Assembly (NCBI GenBank): GCA_028534125.1
Contig: CM052842.1
Coordinates: 3,472,001-3,536,000 of the forward strand
DNA length: 64,000 bases
Direction of reading: 5' to 3'
From: Lama glama
Taxonomy: Eukaryota
Numbering within the stretch: position 1 is the stretch's first letter; every line of letters starts with the position of its first letter. The translations under genes were made by a program, and so were the position numbers. The notes below the pieces were generated by a model that saw only the letters and a list, made by a program, of their open reading frames with translations, had not been told where the DNA came from and did not search any database. Positions 12,805 to 23,440 of the stretch are shown piece after piece.

Positions 12805-13185
12805 GGTCACAGGTCACGCTCCCCAGGAAAAGACATTGGGAAGGAGGTGTCCAGGCAGCAGCGTGACCGGAGGCTGCTGTCAGGAACAGCACCTCTAAGA
12901 GCGTGCGGAAAGGTGACCTCTGCAGAGCGAGGTGCTCACCGCCGTGTGCGTGCGGCAGAGGCTCACCCGGCCCCGTGAGGAGATGGGCACCCAGGACGGG
13001 CCCTCCAACGAGAGGCATGGGGGCCAAGGGCTTAGCGCCCCAGGACCTGCCCCTTACTGGATGGGGGCTGCAGTCGGGGAGGTCCTGTGCCCTGGGGGAG
13101 GCAGCCCTCTCCAGGCGAGGAGGCGCACGTGTTCCACGTGCCCTGAGATGGAGGTTTGGGTCGAGGGCCCCCATCAGGATGTGTC
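12805..13185 (-). mobile_element. LTR16-like ERV-L LTR (3' LTR of the proviral remnant)
   Basis: Minus strand ends ...CCCAATGTCTTTTCCTGGGGAGCGTGACCTGTGAC, like the LTR16 U5 end; internal GGGCTGCCTCCCCCAGGGCACA...GCAGCCCCCATCCAGT. Confidence 0.72.
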
Positions 13186-13897
13186 CGTTTCCATCACGAC
13201 GCTCCTGCCCACTTCCGGGCAAGAAGGGCCCCGGTGTAATTTTACTTCACACCGCGTGGATGGTCGCTCTCTCTAAGAAATGGTGCGCTATGACAGGCTC
13301 GGGGCTGACCCTGGCTGTCGACAGAATGGACATCTGTGGTGGCAGAACCCTTGCTGAGCAGAACCCATGTAGTTGGCCCCAGCCATAGCGTTGGTCCCTG
13401 CCACCATGGTTACATTTATGGGAAATTCAGGCCATCAGTCCACTGATGCCCTGTGATGGAGGTGGGGTCCTCCTTCTCTGCCAGGACCGAGTGGCACCCT
13501 GGCAGCTGTTTAGTGGCACTGCCTTGCTCCACATGCATAGGGTCTCCCTCGTGAGCCTCCTTGGTTGGACTTGCCATAAACCTCACACAGCATCTTTCCC
13601 CAGCACAGATACTTCCAGGACCTTGCGGTCGGTGGGTTTACAGGACCCGAGAGACAGTGCCTGGCACTGCAGCCTGGACCTGCCACAGAACCCTTTCCTG
13701 GTCTGGTCCCACTCAGAGCTGGCCGCCCCTGTGTCCCAGGGTAAGCAGGTTGGAACAGCATTCCAGGAGTAGGCTATGGACTTCCTCCAGAAGCCAGTGA
13801 GGACGACTAGACGTCATGATTCCTTCCCAGTGGGGGAGGGGATGCAGTAACGGCATTTTCTTTGGGGACAAAAGTCCCAGACTGTCTGAGGCCATTA
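13186..13897 (-). mobile_element. Decayed ERV-L pol: RT C-terminus/RNase H region joined by a deletion to the integrase N-terminus
   Basis: Minus-strand translations DQERVLWQVQAAV and KVLEVSVLGKDAV*GLWQ (ERV-L: EQEKALQQVQAAV, MVLEVSVADRDAVWSLWQ), plus HGGRDQRYGWGQLHG...CPFCRQ...EVNYTGAL (integrase HHCC region HGGRDGGYAWAQQHG...CPICQQ...QVDYIGPL). Contains stops and frameshifts. Confidence 0.9.
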
Positions 13898-13898
13898 G

Positions 13899-14238
13899 AT
13901 CTATTAATCCTGAACACCTAATGTATCCCTCCACACTCCTTCTTTCCTCTTTGGTGACCATAAGTTTGTTTTCTATGTCTGTGAGTCTCTTCCTGTTCTG
14001 TAAGTCAGTTCATTTGTATCATTTTTTTTAGATTCCACACATAAGTGCCATCATGTGCTATTTGTTTTTCTCTGTCTGACTGACTTCACTTAGTATTATC
14101 ATCTCTGGGTCCATCCATGTTGCTGCAAATGGCATTATTTCATCCTTTTTCATGGCTGAGTAGTATTCTGTTGTGTATATGCACCTCATCTTCTTTACTT
14201 AATCCTCTGTTGATGGACATTTAGGCTGCCTCTGTGTC
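13899..14238 (-). mobile_element. Young L1 ORF2 end and partial 3' UTR inserted in the ERV-L
   Basis: Reverse complement of the L1 seen at 1-250 and 36570-36880; lacks the terminal 3' UTR and poly(A). Confidence 0.92.
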
Positions 14239-14591
14239 TGTAGCAAATCCAGGGGACAGTGCACGTGTGGGTCTAATTGTAGACACTCCCTTCTTTTCCA
14301 TTTGTATATTTAATTTTCCTTGTGCCAATATCACACTGTCTTTACTGCTAGAGATTTAAAATGTCTTGAAAACATGGAGAATAGGTCCTTCAAATTTTCA
14401 AGTTTGTCTCAGTTTATTTTAGGTCCTTTGCATTTTCACATGAATTGTGATTCGATGGGTATTGCCTGGAATTCTCTTGGTCCATTTGGGGGTTGACAAC
14501 ACTGAGGCTGCCAACTCAGTTCTCTGCACAGCTGCACTACCACATCTCCTAAGGCTATAATAAGGGTTAAAAAAGTAACAAGCGTTGAATT

Positions 14592-14646
14592 AGATACATG
14601 CACCCCAATGTCCATAGCAGCACTATTCACAATAGCCAGGACATGG
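14592..14646 (+). mobile_element. Short L1 ORF2 piece, inverted relative to 13899-14238
   Basis: agatacatgcaccccaatgtccatagcagcactattcacaatagccaggacatgg is the L1 segment that lies immediately upstream of the point where the 13899-14238 fragment begins. Confidence 0.88.
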
Positions 14647-15485
14647 TGGTGAAGGGCTGCCCCCCGCCCCTGCTGTGTCAGGAGTCCTGTCATCACTGCT
14701 GTGATCAGTGAGCCTCTCCTTCCATCAGGCCAGGCCTAGAGAGGAGGGCCACCTCCGACATTCTTCAGTACGCTGGTGACTCTATCACATCATTTATGGC
14801 TCTGGTAACTGCTGTGTCCTCTGGGTCTGCTCTCGGAAGATTAGGACCTGGTGAGTCCTCTGTCCACGTACAGTGTATCTGTCCCAGCATACACCCCTTT
14901 CCTGAGCCCTTGAACCCTCCCCTCCACTGTCAGCCACGGCCATTCTGACGTTTCAGCCCACTCAGTGTGGCTCATCATTCCCTCTGGGCTTCTGAGAGTC
15001 ATCCTCGCTGGAATGTGCTGTGACTTGGCCCTAATCATAGGCCCAGTGGCCAGTCAGGGAGATGTGGGTATTTCCTGAGGGCAAATGTGTAGCCTTAGAA
15101 GCAGGGGTCTCCACATGGATGTCCAGCCCTGGGGTGGGGTGGGGGTGCTATGTCGTGATAGGGAGGGATGCCAAGCCTGCAGCCTCACAAGACTCCGAGC
15201 AGTTTGGGAAGTCTGACTCTTTGAGGGGCATCCCTGGGCAGGGTCCCAGTTTTTCCCAATGGCCTGGGAAGTTCAGCCACTCTGATGAAGAACCTGCACC
15301 TAGTCTCGGCTTTCTGCGCCCTCCAGCTACAGGAGATGAGAACTTCTTCGGCTTACAGAAGAAGTGTCCTGGCATCCGGACCTGGCTCTTGGCTGTCTCT
15401 TCCTGCTCCCAGCCAGTGATTCCTCTGCAGGACACCAGTGCTGCCTGGCAGCTGCCAACCTACGTCGTCATCCTTGTGGCTGTTC
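14647..15485 (-). mobile_element. Decayed ERV-L gag (ERV3-16A3-like internal region)
   Basis: Minus strand: GTTCTCATCTCCTGTAGCTGGAGGGCGCAGAAAGCCGAG; CAGAATGGCCGTGGCTGACAGTGGAGGGGAGGGTTCAAGGGCTCAGGAAA (WPWLTVEGRVQGLRK, compare ERV-L LPWxTVEEGIxRLRE); CCCAGAGGACAC...GGTGGCCCTCCTCTCTAGGCC. Confidence 0.82.
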
Positions 15486-15489
15486 ACAG

Positions 15490-15790
15490 TCACAAGTGAC
15501 TGGAGTGGGAAAAGGTCAAACTGCAGGGAAGACCTGGCAGGGTCTCAGCTGCCTTGGCGGGGGGCTCCTGAGGGGGCCTTGCCCTGCCGCTGCCTTGCTC
15601 CGTGTCTGGGGGTGGACTGTCCCCGGAAGGGCATGGCCTTGGACACGGTGGCTCTCTGCAGCTGAGCTGGACCCCGGAGGAGCTGAGAACTGGAGGCTGC
15701 CTGCTGACCCCGCTCCACAGTGCTGGACTCTGGGCAGCAGTCCACCCCTGAAGGGGTCTGATGGTGGAGTTCCCTGTTTCCACAATGACA
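15490..15790 (-). mobile_element. LTR16A-like ERV-L LTR (5' LTR; U5 and PBS missing)
   Basis: Minus strand TGTC...GGTCAGCAGGCAGCCTCCAGTTCTCAGCTCCTCCGGGGTCCAGCTCAGCTGCAGAGAGCCACCGTGTCCAAGGCCATGCCCTTCCGGGG matches the recalled LTR16A. Confidence 0.8.
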
Positions 15791-16269
15791 TACACCATCA
15801 TGGTACCAGGGGTCTAGAACACAAGGCGCCCGTGGCCTGGGGGTCGGTGGGCAGGCTTGAGTCTCACTGATGTTCTCTTAGGCGGAGACTGGAGGTGATG
15901 CTGTGTTTGCAGGAAGGGAGGGAAGACTGGTTGCAAGCTCTCCCTCCTGCCCTCCCGGCTATGCACTATGGAGGGAAGGGAGGACAGGCTGAGGCACCCA
16001 GGGCAGACAGAAATCTGGGGCCCTGCAGAAAATTCTCTCTCCTTCCTCTTCCCTTCCTCGAAAGGAACCAACGAGAAGCTCAGAGCCCAAGGGGACGAGA
16101 GTCTGCAGGATCAAGGGCCCCAGGGAGGGTGAAACATCACAGAAAACAGCGTCTCATCCCAGGCCGCCTGCCATGGGGGCCTGCGGCTGCACATCCACCC
16201 TGGGCCCCAGGAAGATGACAAAGCTCTTTAGGGAGAGGGTGGATGTGAATGATGCCTCATCTTCATGCA

Positions 16270-16700
16270 GGCGGCAGCACGGGGCATACTTACCCAGCAC
16301 CTGAGCGCTCTTCAGCCCCCAGGCCTGAGCACGGAGGCGCCGGCCGCCGGTGAGTACGCGGCTCCGGGTCCCTGGGTGGCCAGTCCGGAGCTACTGTCTG
16401 GAATCCGGCTTGAAAACTTTCTTGGCAGCATGTCAGCATCAGGGAAGCAGCCAATTCTGCCCATCAAACTGGGCGCGCGCAGCGGCCGGGGGCGCAGATG
16501 TGGCGGGCACAGCGGCCGGGGGCGGGAGCAAAGCTGCCGCGGCGCACGCGGAGAGCCCTCCGCAAGCGCGGGGCTGCAGGTGCCGTCGGCCCCGTTGCAG
16601 GTGAACAATGCCCAGGTTATTGCGCGTTTGCCGCGAAGACGTGCTGCGCTAGCCCCTGAGAGGGCTTCTCTCATTCCGTGCGCACATCTGCGTGAGGGAG
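16270..16700. promoter_or_regulatory. Small CpG island, candidate promoter or enhancer
   Basis: CpG-dense; AGCCAAT at 16449; duplicated cagcggccgggggcg GC-box-like unit; strong splice donors on both strands. Confidence 0.4.
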
Positions 16701-16800
16701 GTACCACTGTAACCCCATTTCAACAAGAGGAGGAAACTGAGGCTGCAGGACATGAAGCATCTGTAATTTAGCAGCTTTCAAAACCAGGTCTTGTGATTCT
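16600..16800 (-). mobile_element. MIR SINE (CpG-enriched copy)
   Basis: gtgagggaggtaccactgtaaccccatttcaacaagaggaggaaactgaggc is the MIR core. Confidence 0.75.
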
Positions 16801-17419
16801 AAGCAACCGACGGGGAAGAGTCGGGGTGGCAAAGGCTGTCACACAAAACCTGCTGTCCCTGTCCTGTGGAAGCGTGCCTGGCTGAGAATGGCGGGTGGGG
16901 CTTTCCTTTAAAGGGCGCCCTTGGGATAATCAGTTCACCCTGTGGCTTTGGCTTCCTTTCCTGTTTAACTGGGAGCCATCCCCTTTCCCCTGAGGTCACC
17001 AGACTGTTCTTATGCAGAGAAAGAATAAAAATATGGTGAATTGCATCCCAAGAGCAATTGTTAGTCCCTCACGTGTTCATGGCAGTGATCCGGGCCTCTT
17101 GAAGGAAGCCAAGACCAAACAAGGAATGCCCCAGAGGAGAGGGTGCATCAACAGGGAGGCCGATGCTGTTACAGCCTCTGCTCTGGCTCAGCCAACGTGC
17201 GAGGTGCTTTTACACACGAATTTCCCCACTTTAAGCTGGGGAATCAAGGATGGGGGTGCTGAGTGACTGGTCTTAGCAATATTCTGTGTAAGGCAACCAG
17301 GACAAAAAAGGGTTCATACGCCAAATCGTATGAGAAACGTAGAGGGACCAGGGTGTGTGCTGCCATGGATAAGAAAATGACAACGATGTTGCTGCTGCTG
17401 GTGGTGGTGGTGACGACAT

Positions 17420-17605
17420 CATTAGCTAACGCTTACAGGGAAGTCGTTACATGCTGGGAGATCTTACAAACACCATACTGGACATGCTGTCTAGTTGAAT
17501 CATCATGACAATCCCATAGATGAGAATTATTATTGCCCCAATTTTCCTGATGGGGAAACTGAAGCTCAGGGAGGTCAAATGCCTTGCCCAAGGTTGCAAG
17601 CTGTG
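17420..17605 (-). mobile_element. MIR SINE
   Basis: attattattgccccaattttcctgatggggaaactgaagctcagggaggtcaaatgccttgcccaaggttgca. Confidence 0.8.
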
Positions 17606-18541
17606 TTAATCCTCAGGGAGGGGAGTGGGAGTGGGAGGTCTCCCTCAACGTGCAAAGGAAGGATTAACCCGAACAGTGCCTCGAAGAGGGTAGGAGAAGG
17701 ATGAGGGTAAAGCTGGAGGAAGCAGCCTGTCCCTGACAAAGGACAGCACCCTCTGGGCGCTGCAATCACCTGGGGCGATCATGGTCTGTCATAGAGCGGA
17801 GTGGGTGCCCCGCCCTTGGTGGAGACAGACACGCAAAAGGTGGAAAAAACCCAGTGGGGGTGGGGAGGCTGAGGACGAGGCTCCTTAGGGAGGAGATGCA
17901 AGTCCCTGTGCTTCTTGCTCCCTGGAATTCTGTGGTATTGTCTCAAGGCCTGCAACCAAACTTCTGTGCTTTTTGCAAAAAGCAAGGTTGGGGTTAATCT
18001 GCTACCAGGTAAATGAAGGCAGCCACTTGCTTGTCCTCCCCTCTGGAAGATGAAAGATTTGCAAAGTCAAATCTGATTAAGAATCGCAGACTTTCTTAAG
18101 GAAACGGTGATTATGCATCATAATGAAAGGATAAACAGAGCCCAGAATGGAGAACTTGCCAATTGTTCTTCGCAGCTGGGAGCACCGGTCCCCCTTCCAG
18201 AGCAAGCTGATTGTCTGTGTGTATAAATTTTCCAAATTCTTCCCCAGTGGCCCAACCGAGGGATAAAGAACCATTTTTTTAACCTTCTGAAATGAAAAGG
18301 AGTCCCAGGCCAGCTCTGAATTTTGGCTTAGCAGACACTCCCGTCTGACGACCACATTTGTTGCCCCTGGGTCTCTCTGGGGAGTCAGGTTTATTTCAGA
18401 GGAACTCACTGTCTGCAGAAGAGGAGAAACAGGGACATCAGCTTGACTTGGGGAATGACTGTCAAATCAATTATGCCCTGAGTTACGTGAGCAGCCTCAG
18501 AATTCTCACAGGTGATGTGTTCATCCAGGATGCCCCGCCAG

Positions 18542-19100
18542 TGATACAGGGAAATGGGGCACTGAAGGATGGCCAGGCCCCAGGCGAGCCCCTGGGATGC
18601 GCCCCATCAAGTGAGAGTCCTTGCTTTGTGCAGGAAAGAATTCAAGAGCGAGCCATAGTGGAGTAAAAGTAGATTTATTCAGAGAGATACATACTCCACA
18701 GACAGAGTGCGGGCCATCTCAGAAGGCCAGACAGAGCGACGGAGGAGCGTGACCACAAGGGGCAGGGTGGTTAGCTGTTACGGGCTCATTAATTTCATAC
18801 GCTAACAAGTGGGAGGATTACTCCAACTATTTTGCGGAGGGGACTAGGATTCCAGGAACTGGGCCACTGCCCACTTTTTGACCTTTTATGGCCAGCCTCC
18901 GATCTGCTACGGCACCTGCGGGAGTGTCATTTATCATGCTGTCCAGTGGGCGTATAATGAAGCTCAAGGCCCACTGGAGGCCGAATCTCCTGCCCTCGGG
19001 GACCTCAAGGTCTATTGGGGGTTGAATTTTCTGCCCTGTGGTGCTAACTGCTGTGTCATTCCTTCAGTGGCTGCGCCCTGCCCCCTTGCCTCCCGTCTCA
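18542..19100 (-). mobile_element. ERV1-class solo LTR, complete, with 4-bp target-site duplication
   Basis: TG...CA termini (tgatac...gtctca), CCAG on both sides (18538-18541 and 19101-19104), minus-strand AATAAA at ~18674. Confidence 0.9.
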
Positions 19101-19874
19101 CCAGGACAAGGTTTCAAAACCCGTGGCACAGGGAGAAGGGATGGAGAACAGGAAGGGACAAAGCCATTTGAAATCTCTGTATCATTCCTTGTTCAGTGGT
19201 TCTGCAGAGCAGGCAAGTCCGCACCCCACAGTGCTTTGAAGTTCAGAGGAGGCAGAGAGATTGGTGTGCCAGAATGTTTTTGGAGATACCATGTGGACTT
19301 GGAACTGGATCTTGAAGGAAAAGAACTTGTGAAAATAGTATTTTCCACGTTTATATGTCCCACACTAGTCTCAGTGCACTTCTGATTTCTGGGCTGTGGT
19401 TTCCTTATCTATTGAAAGAAGAGGTTGTCTTCAAGGACAGGTTACAGATTCAAATGATAAAGAGATTGTTGGGTGACGAGAGAAGCAGCCCTAAATACAG
19501 GTGTGAGATGTCACATGACACTTGGGGTTGAAACAGTGAGGGGCTGTGGCAACTGGGGAACCATGTGTCCCTTCCGTAGGGGCAGCGGCTCCAGCCCAGG
19601 GTGGACAAGTAGGAAGGAGTGAAGAGTGCTCCCCGAGAGTCCTGCTTCTAAAGATGAGCTTGGCATCTGGATGCTTCTGAGAAATATTTGCACCATTAAA
19701 TATTAGCCACTAAATCAATTTATCTTTAAACAGCCAGAACAAATGAGACATGATCTGGGAGGCCAGTTTGACCTTCAGGCTGCCAGTTTTCAACGTCTAT
19801 CCTAGAGGATAAGAAATGAGGTTCTGCTAAGATGGCGATAAGGACTGCACGCTTGTCCCTGCCCTCCAAAAGCA

Positions 19875-20200
19875 TGTTGTCGACTGAAATAAATGCACAG
19901 CCTAAAAGTTGAGAGTTATGCTGTATTTGGCAGACATTTCTGAGGCCTCAAACCCCCTCGAGGCCAGGATGACAGCCACCCAGATCACTGTGAGGGGCTG
20001 CTCCGAAGAGCTGGGGTGGAGCCAGGTGTACAGGAGCTTTACAACAAAGACCAGGGAGTCAGCCCATTAAAAGATTACTTGTTAACTGAAGAAAACCAGA
20101 CATCTCAAGTTAAAGAATTTAGTGCCTTTCTATGTATGGGAGGGAGCAAACATTTGGGCTCATTTAAATCATTCCTGCAGAGCACGCACCTTTATTAGCT
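19875..20200 (-). mobile_element. MER41-like (laurasiatherian ERV1) LTR fragment
   Basis: tgtcgactgaaataaatgcacagcctaaaagttgagagttatg...gaaaaccagacatctcaagttaaagaatttagtgcctttctatgtatggga. Confidence 0.72.
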
Positions 20201-21675
20201 TTTTTTTTTTTTTCTGGCTCCCTGATGAACACCTCAGTACCTCAATGACTCCCAGCAACAAATATTTGCATTTTTCATTGGCAGGACTGGGGTCAAGTCC
20301 AGCTTTGCTCCAGCATCTCCGTGCTCCTGGAGCTGGTCCCTTCCCAGTAGCACAAGAGGAGCCAAGAAATGAAGACACAGGGGCAACTCGTAACACTTCA
20401 TGTGTAAATGGGCTGACCTCCACTCTCCCATGTTTCAAAGGCCAAAGTGCACAGCAGGGCAAGACGCCCCCCAGGCCAGTGGGCTGTGCTGGCCAGTCAC
20501 ATGGCCGGGGGCTGCAGCATCCTGGGTTGGGGTAGGGGTGGGGTGAAGAGTCAAGAGCAATAGGGGCACCCCGCTCCCAGTATCCTGATATGCAGAAAGA
20601 ACATGCCACCTCTGGAAGGAGTCCCCCATCGGCTGCCCCACGCCGGCCCCTTCACACTGTGCTCATCGGGCAGCTTTATGGCTCTTCCAGGCAGAAGCTG
20701 GTATTGGAACATTCCTACCCCGACCCTGAGGCCCGGCATGGTTGCAGGGAGAGGCCGGTGTTACAAGAATGGTAATTATGTCCTCAAACCAGCTGGTTGT
20801 ACTTGTCTCTTTCTTTCGAAAAGTTTTCCCTCCAAACTGTGAGATTATTCCCCTTGTTTGCACATATTCTGAAACACCTACTTGAAATTTTCCTTGCCTG
20901 GATCTGTGGATTTTTGTGATGCTACTTAAATCCAGACAAACAGAATAGCACAAACCTGCAAAGATGCAATTTTAATGAGCTGGCTGGCGTTCCTTGAAAG
21001 AAAGCCCTGGGTGTTGCTGCTGCCTTCTCCGTGCCTTTGCCGCAGACCAGCTCCCGGAGGTGGTAAGCAGTGCGGGATGAGTGGTGGACCGCACAGAGCA
21101 GCGGCTCTCGGGCTGCCACGGCCACGTATTTACCAACAACCTCAAGCCTCTGCCTCCTCGTCTGCGAAGAGGGAGCAGTGCCCACGACACTGAACTAAAG
21201 GCAGCCCAGCAGGTCGCTAAGAGAGTGGCGTCAGAATCAGACACAGAATATAAATCCGGGTGGGCACTCACATCACTTCTCCGTGCTTCAATTTCCTCAC
21301 CTGAAAATAGGATAATAGCTCCTAACTCACAAGATTGCCCTGAGGACACAATACTCTGGCGGATTTGGAAGGGATTCTGTGAAGCTCTGAGTGTGAGGCG
21401 CTTCCAATAGGATTTGATGATATTGGGACAATTGGCCCTGTTTCTTTTTTAGACCAAACAATAAACTGTGTTTTGCTGATATGTGGTGAGTGCTGGGATA
21501 TTTATTTTAGCGTTTTTATTGACTCAGCTGCTGGAGAGAGTTTACACCAGGCAGGGACTGCCAAAAAGAGTGTGGCGAAGCCTGCTGGCTTCCAGTCCCC
21601 CAGCTCCAAGCCTGACGTCTGTCACCTCCCTGTCTCGCAGTGCCAGGCTCCTGGGAGCCTGCTGCTGTGCCAGTC

Positions 21676-22152
21676 TGGTAGATTATAGAAACGACTGCAA
21701 ACTCTTCCCTTCCCTGTGTCCATGCCCAGCAGTGTTACGGCGCCCAGGGTCTGTTTTTCTGCCTCTTGAATCTGGGTTGGCTGTGTGACTAGCTTTGGTC
21801 AGCGGGATATTAGCAGACACAGAGCAAGCAAAAGTGCTTGCACATCGGGGCTCTCCTTTGCAGCAACTGGAGTCCTACTGCAAGTGACAAACCAGGGTGC
21901 GCCTGATGGATGAAGGGACACACGGTGCAGTCTCCCGCGCTGCCCTCTCTGGCACCCAGCTAAGCCTGCAGCAGAGCCCCTCGCTGATTGGCACTGGACG
22001 TGACTTCAGAGGAGTGAGTCCAGTTGAGAGCAAAAGAAGAGACTGGCTGAGCCCAGTCCCATCTGAAATCTGCAGAATCACAACCACGCAAACAGCTGCT
22101 GTGTGAGGCCACGAAGTTTGGGTTTCTCATACAGTTAAAGCTCACAGACCCA
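21676..22152 (+). mobile_element. MLT1 (G/H-like) MaLR LTR
   Basis: cctcttgaatctgggttggctgtgtgactagctttggtc...ctggctgagcccagtccc...gccacgaagtttggg. Confidence 0.8.
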
Positions 22153-22243
22153 ATCAGTTCACCTGGTCCAGACCATGACTTTCCATCTCGACAGGGCACC
22201 CACCACAGGCATGCAGTGTGTTGGTAAACAGAGTGAAGGGCTG

Positions 22244-22500
22244 TGTCTGGGTCCCCAGGACCACCCTCATCTTCAGCGACCCACTAGAAGGACTCACAGA
22301 ACTCAGAAAAGCTGTTCTGCTCGCGGTTCATTACAGAAGAAGGATCCACACTGGAACCAGCAAATGAACAAAGCGCAGAGAGAGGCACCCAGGGGAAATG
22401 AGACACTCCGTTCCCGTTGTCCACCCCCGTGGGGCTGCGCGGACCGCGACGAGCCACCAGTGCTCTAACAACCACGTGCGACTGCGTGTGCCAACGGCTG
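22244..22500 (-). mobile_element. MER21/MER77-like ERV-L LTR fragment
   Basis: gggtccccaggaccaccctc...actagaaggactcacagaactcagaaaagctgtt. Confidence 0.78.
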
Positions 22501-23077
22501 TGCCCTGGCTAAAGGCAAGAGCCCGTCTCCAGCCGGAGAATAACTCAGACAGAAGAGTTAGAAGGTTCGTGGCTCAGATGACGTCAGCCATGTGCTGTGT
22601 GTGGAAGCTCGGTGTGGTCGGATCGCAGCTCGCTGCGAAGGTCACAGGACGCTGTCGTTTCCGTGAGAGCTAGAAACCAGCCTCAGGCACAGCTCTTTTT
22701 AAAACATCTTAGGTCAAGTCTCCTCCCCCCGGCCCTCAGTTTCCTGCAGCAGAGGACCAGCTGGTTGGACGAGGTCACCTCTGAGGCCTCGTCTAGTTCT
22801 GAGATGCTGTGACCCTCCAAACCTCAGATGTCACTTCCAGGAGTCGCTGACTTGGAGCCTGGATCCTGGCAATGCCCTTTAAATGTCATAGATTGTATTT
22901 CCGTAGTCATTGTTCTAATGATCTGCTCATCTTGTTCAATCAAAACGGAGACGTATCTACTTTCCAGTCCCCAAGAGCATCAAGCTTTTAATGTAACTGT
23001 GGAAGGATGATCCTGCGGCATGAATAATGCCACGGCTCTGCCGTCCCTTGAAAGTGTGAAAGATGTGAACGCTGCAC

Positions 23078-23440
23078 TCATTCATTCATTGAAAAACACA
23101 CCTTTAGCCTCTCCTGCACACCAAGCAGGGAGCTGCACACCGGGGGCACGTAGGTGCAGAGACATGACGGCCTGGAGCTCATGGGTCAAGGACAGAGAAT
23201 GACAATGAGTGACAGTGCAGGGTGATCAGCGCTTTGCTCAAGGAAGCATTTGGTGCTCTGAGAGCCCAGATGGGCCCCTCCCGCCTCAGGCAGGCTGGGC
23301 ACCCAGAGGAGCCTGCCTGGAGAAACAAGCTGAATGTCTAAGATGAACAAGGGCTGCCAGGGATGTGGGTCGGCAGGTGAGGTGGACAGTGGGTGCCCCA
23401 GGCAGAGGGGCAGCGTGTGGCAGGGCTAGAGCCAGGGACA
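23078..23440 (-). mobile_element. L2 3' end
   Basis: ctcattcattcattga tail, then gcctgcctggagaaacaagctgaatgtctaagatgaaca...ccaggcagaggggcagcgtgtggcagggc. Confidence 0.7.

Noticed and set aside
13186-15485. Domesticated ERV-L gag/pol gene (Fv1-like)
   Set aside because: Multiple stops, frameshifts, deletions and an L1 insertion; no sustained reading frame.
16286-16300. U1 snRNA pseudogene (atacttacc)
   Set aside because: Only 9 nt match; better read as a minus-strand splice donor.
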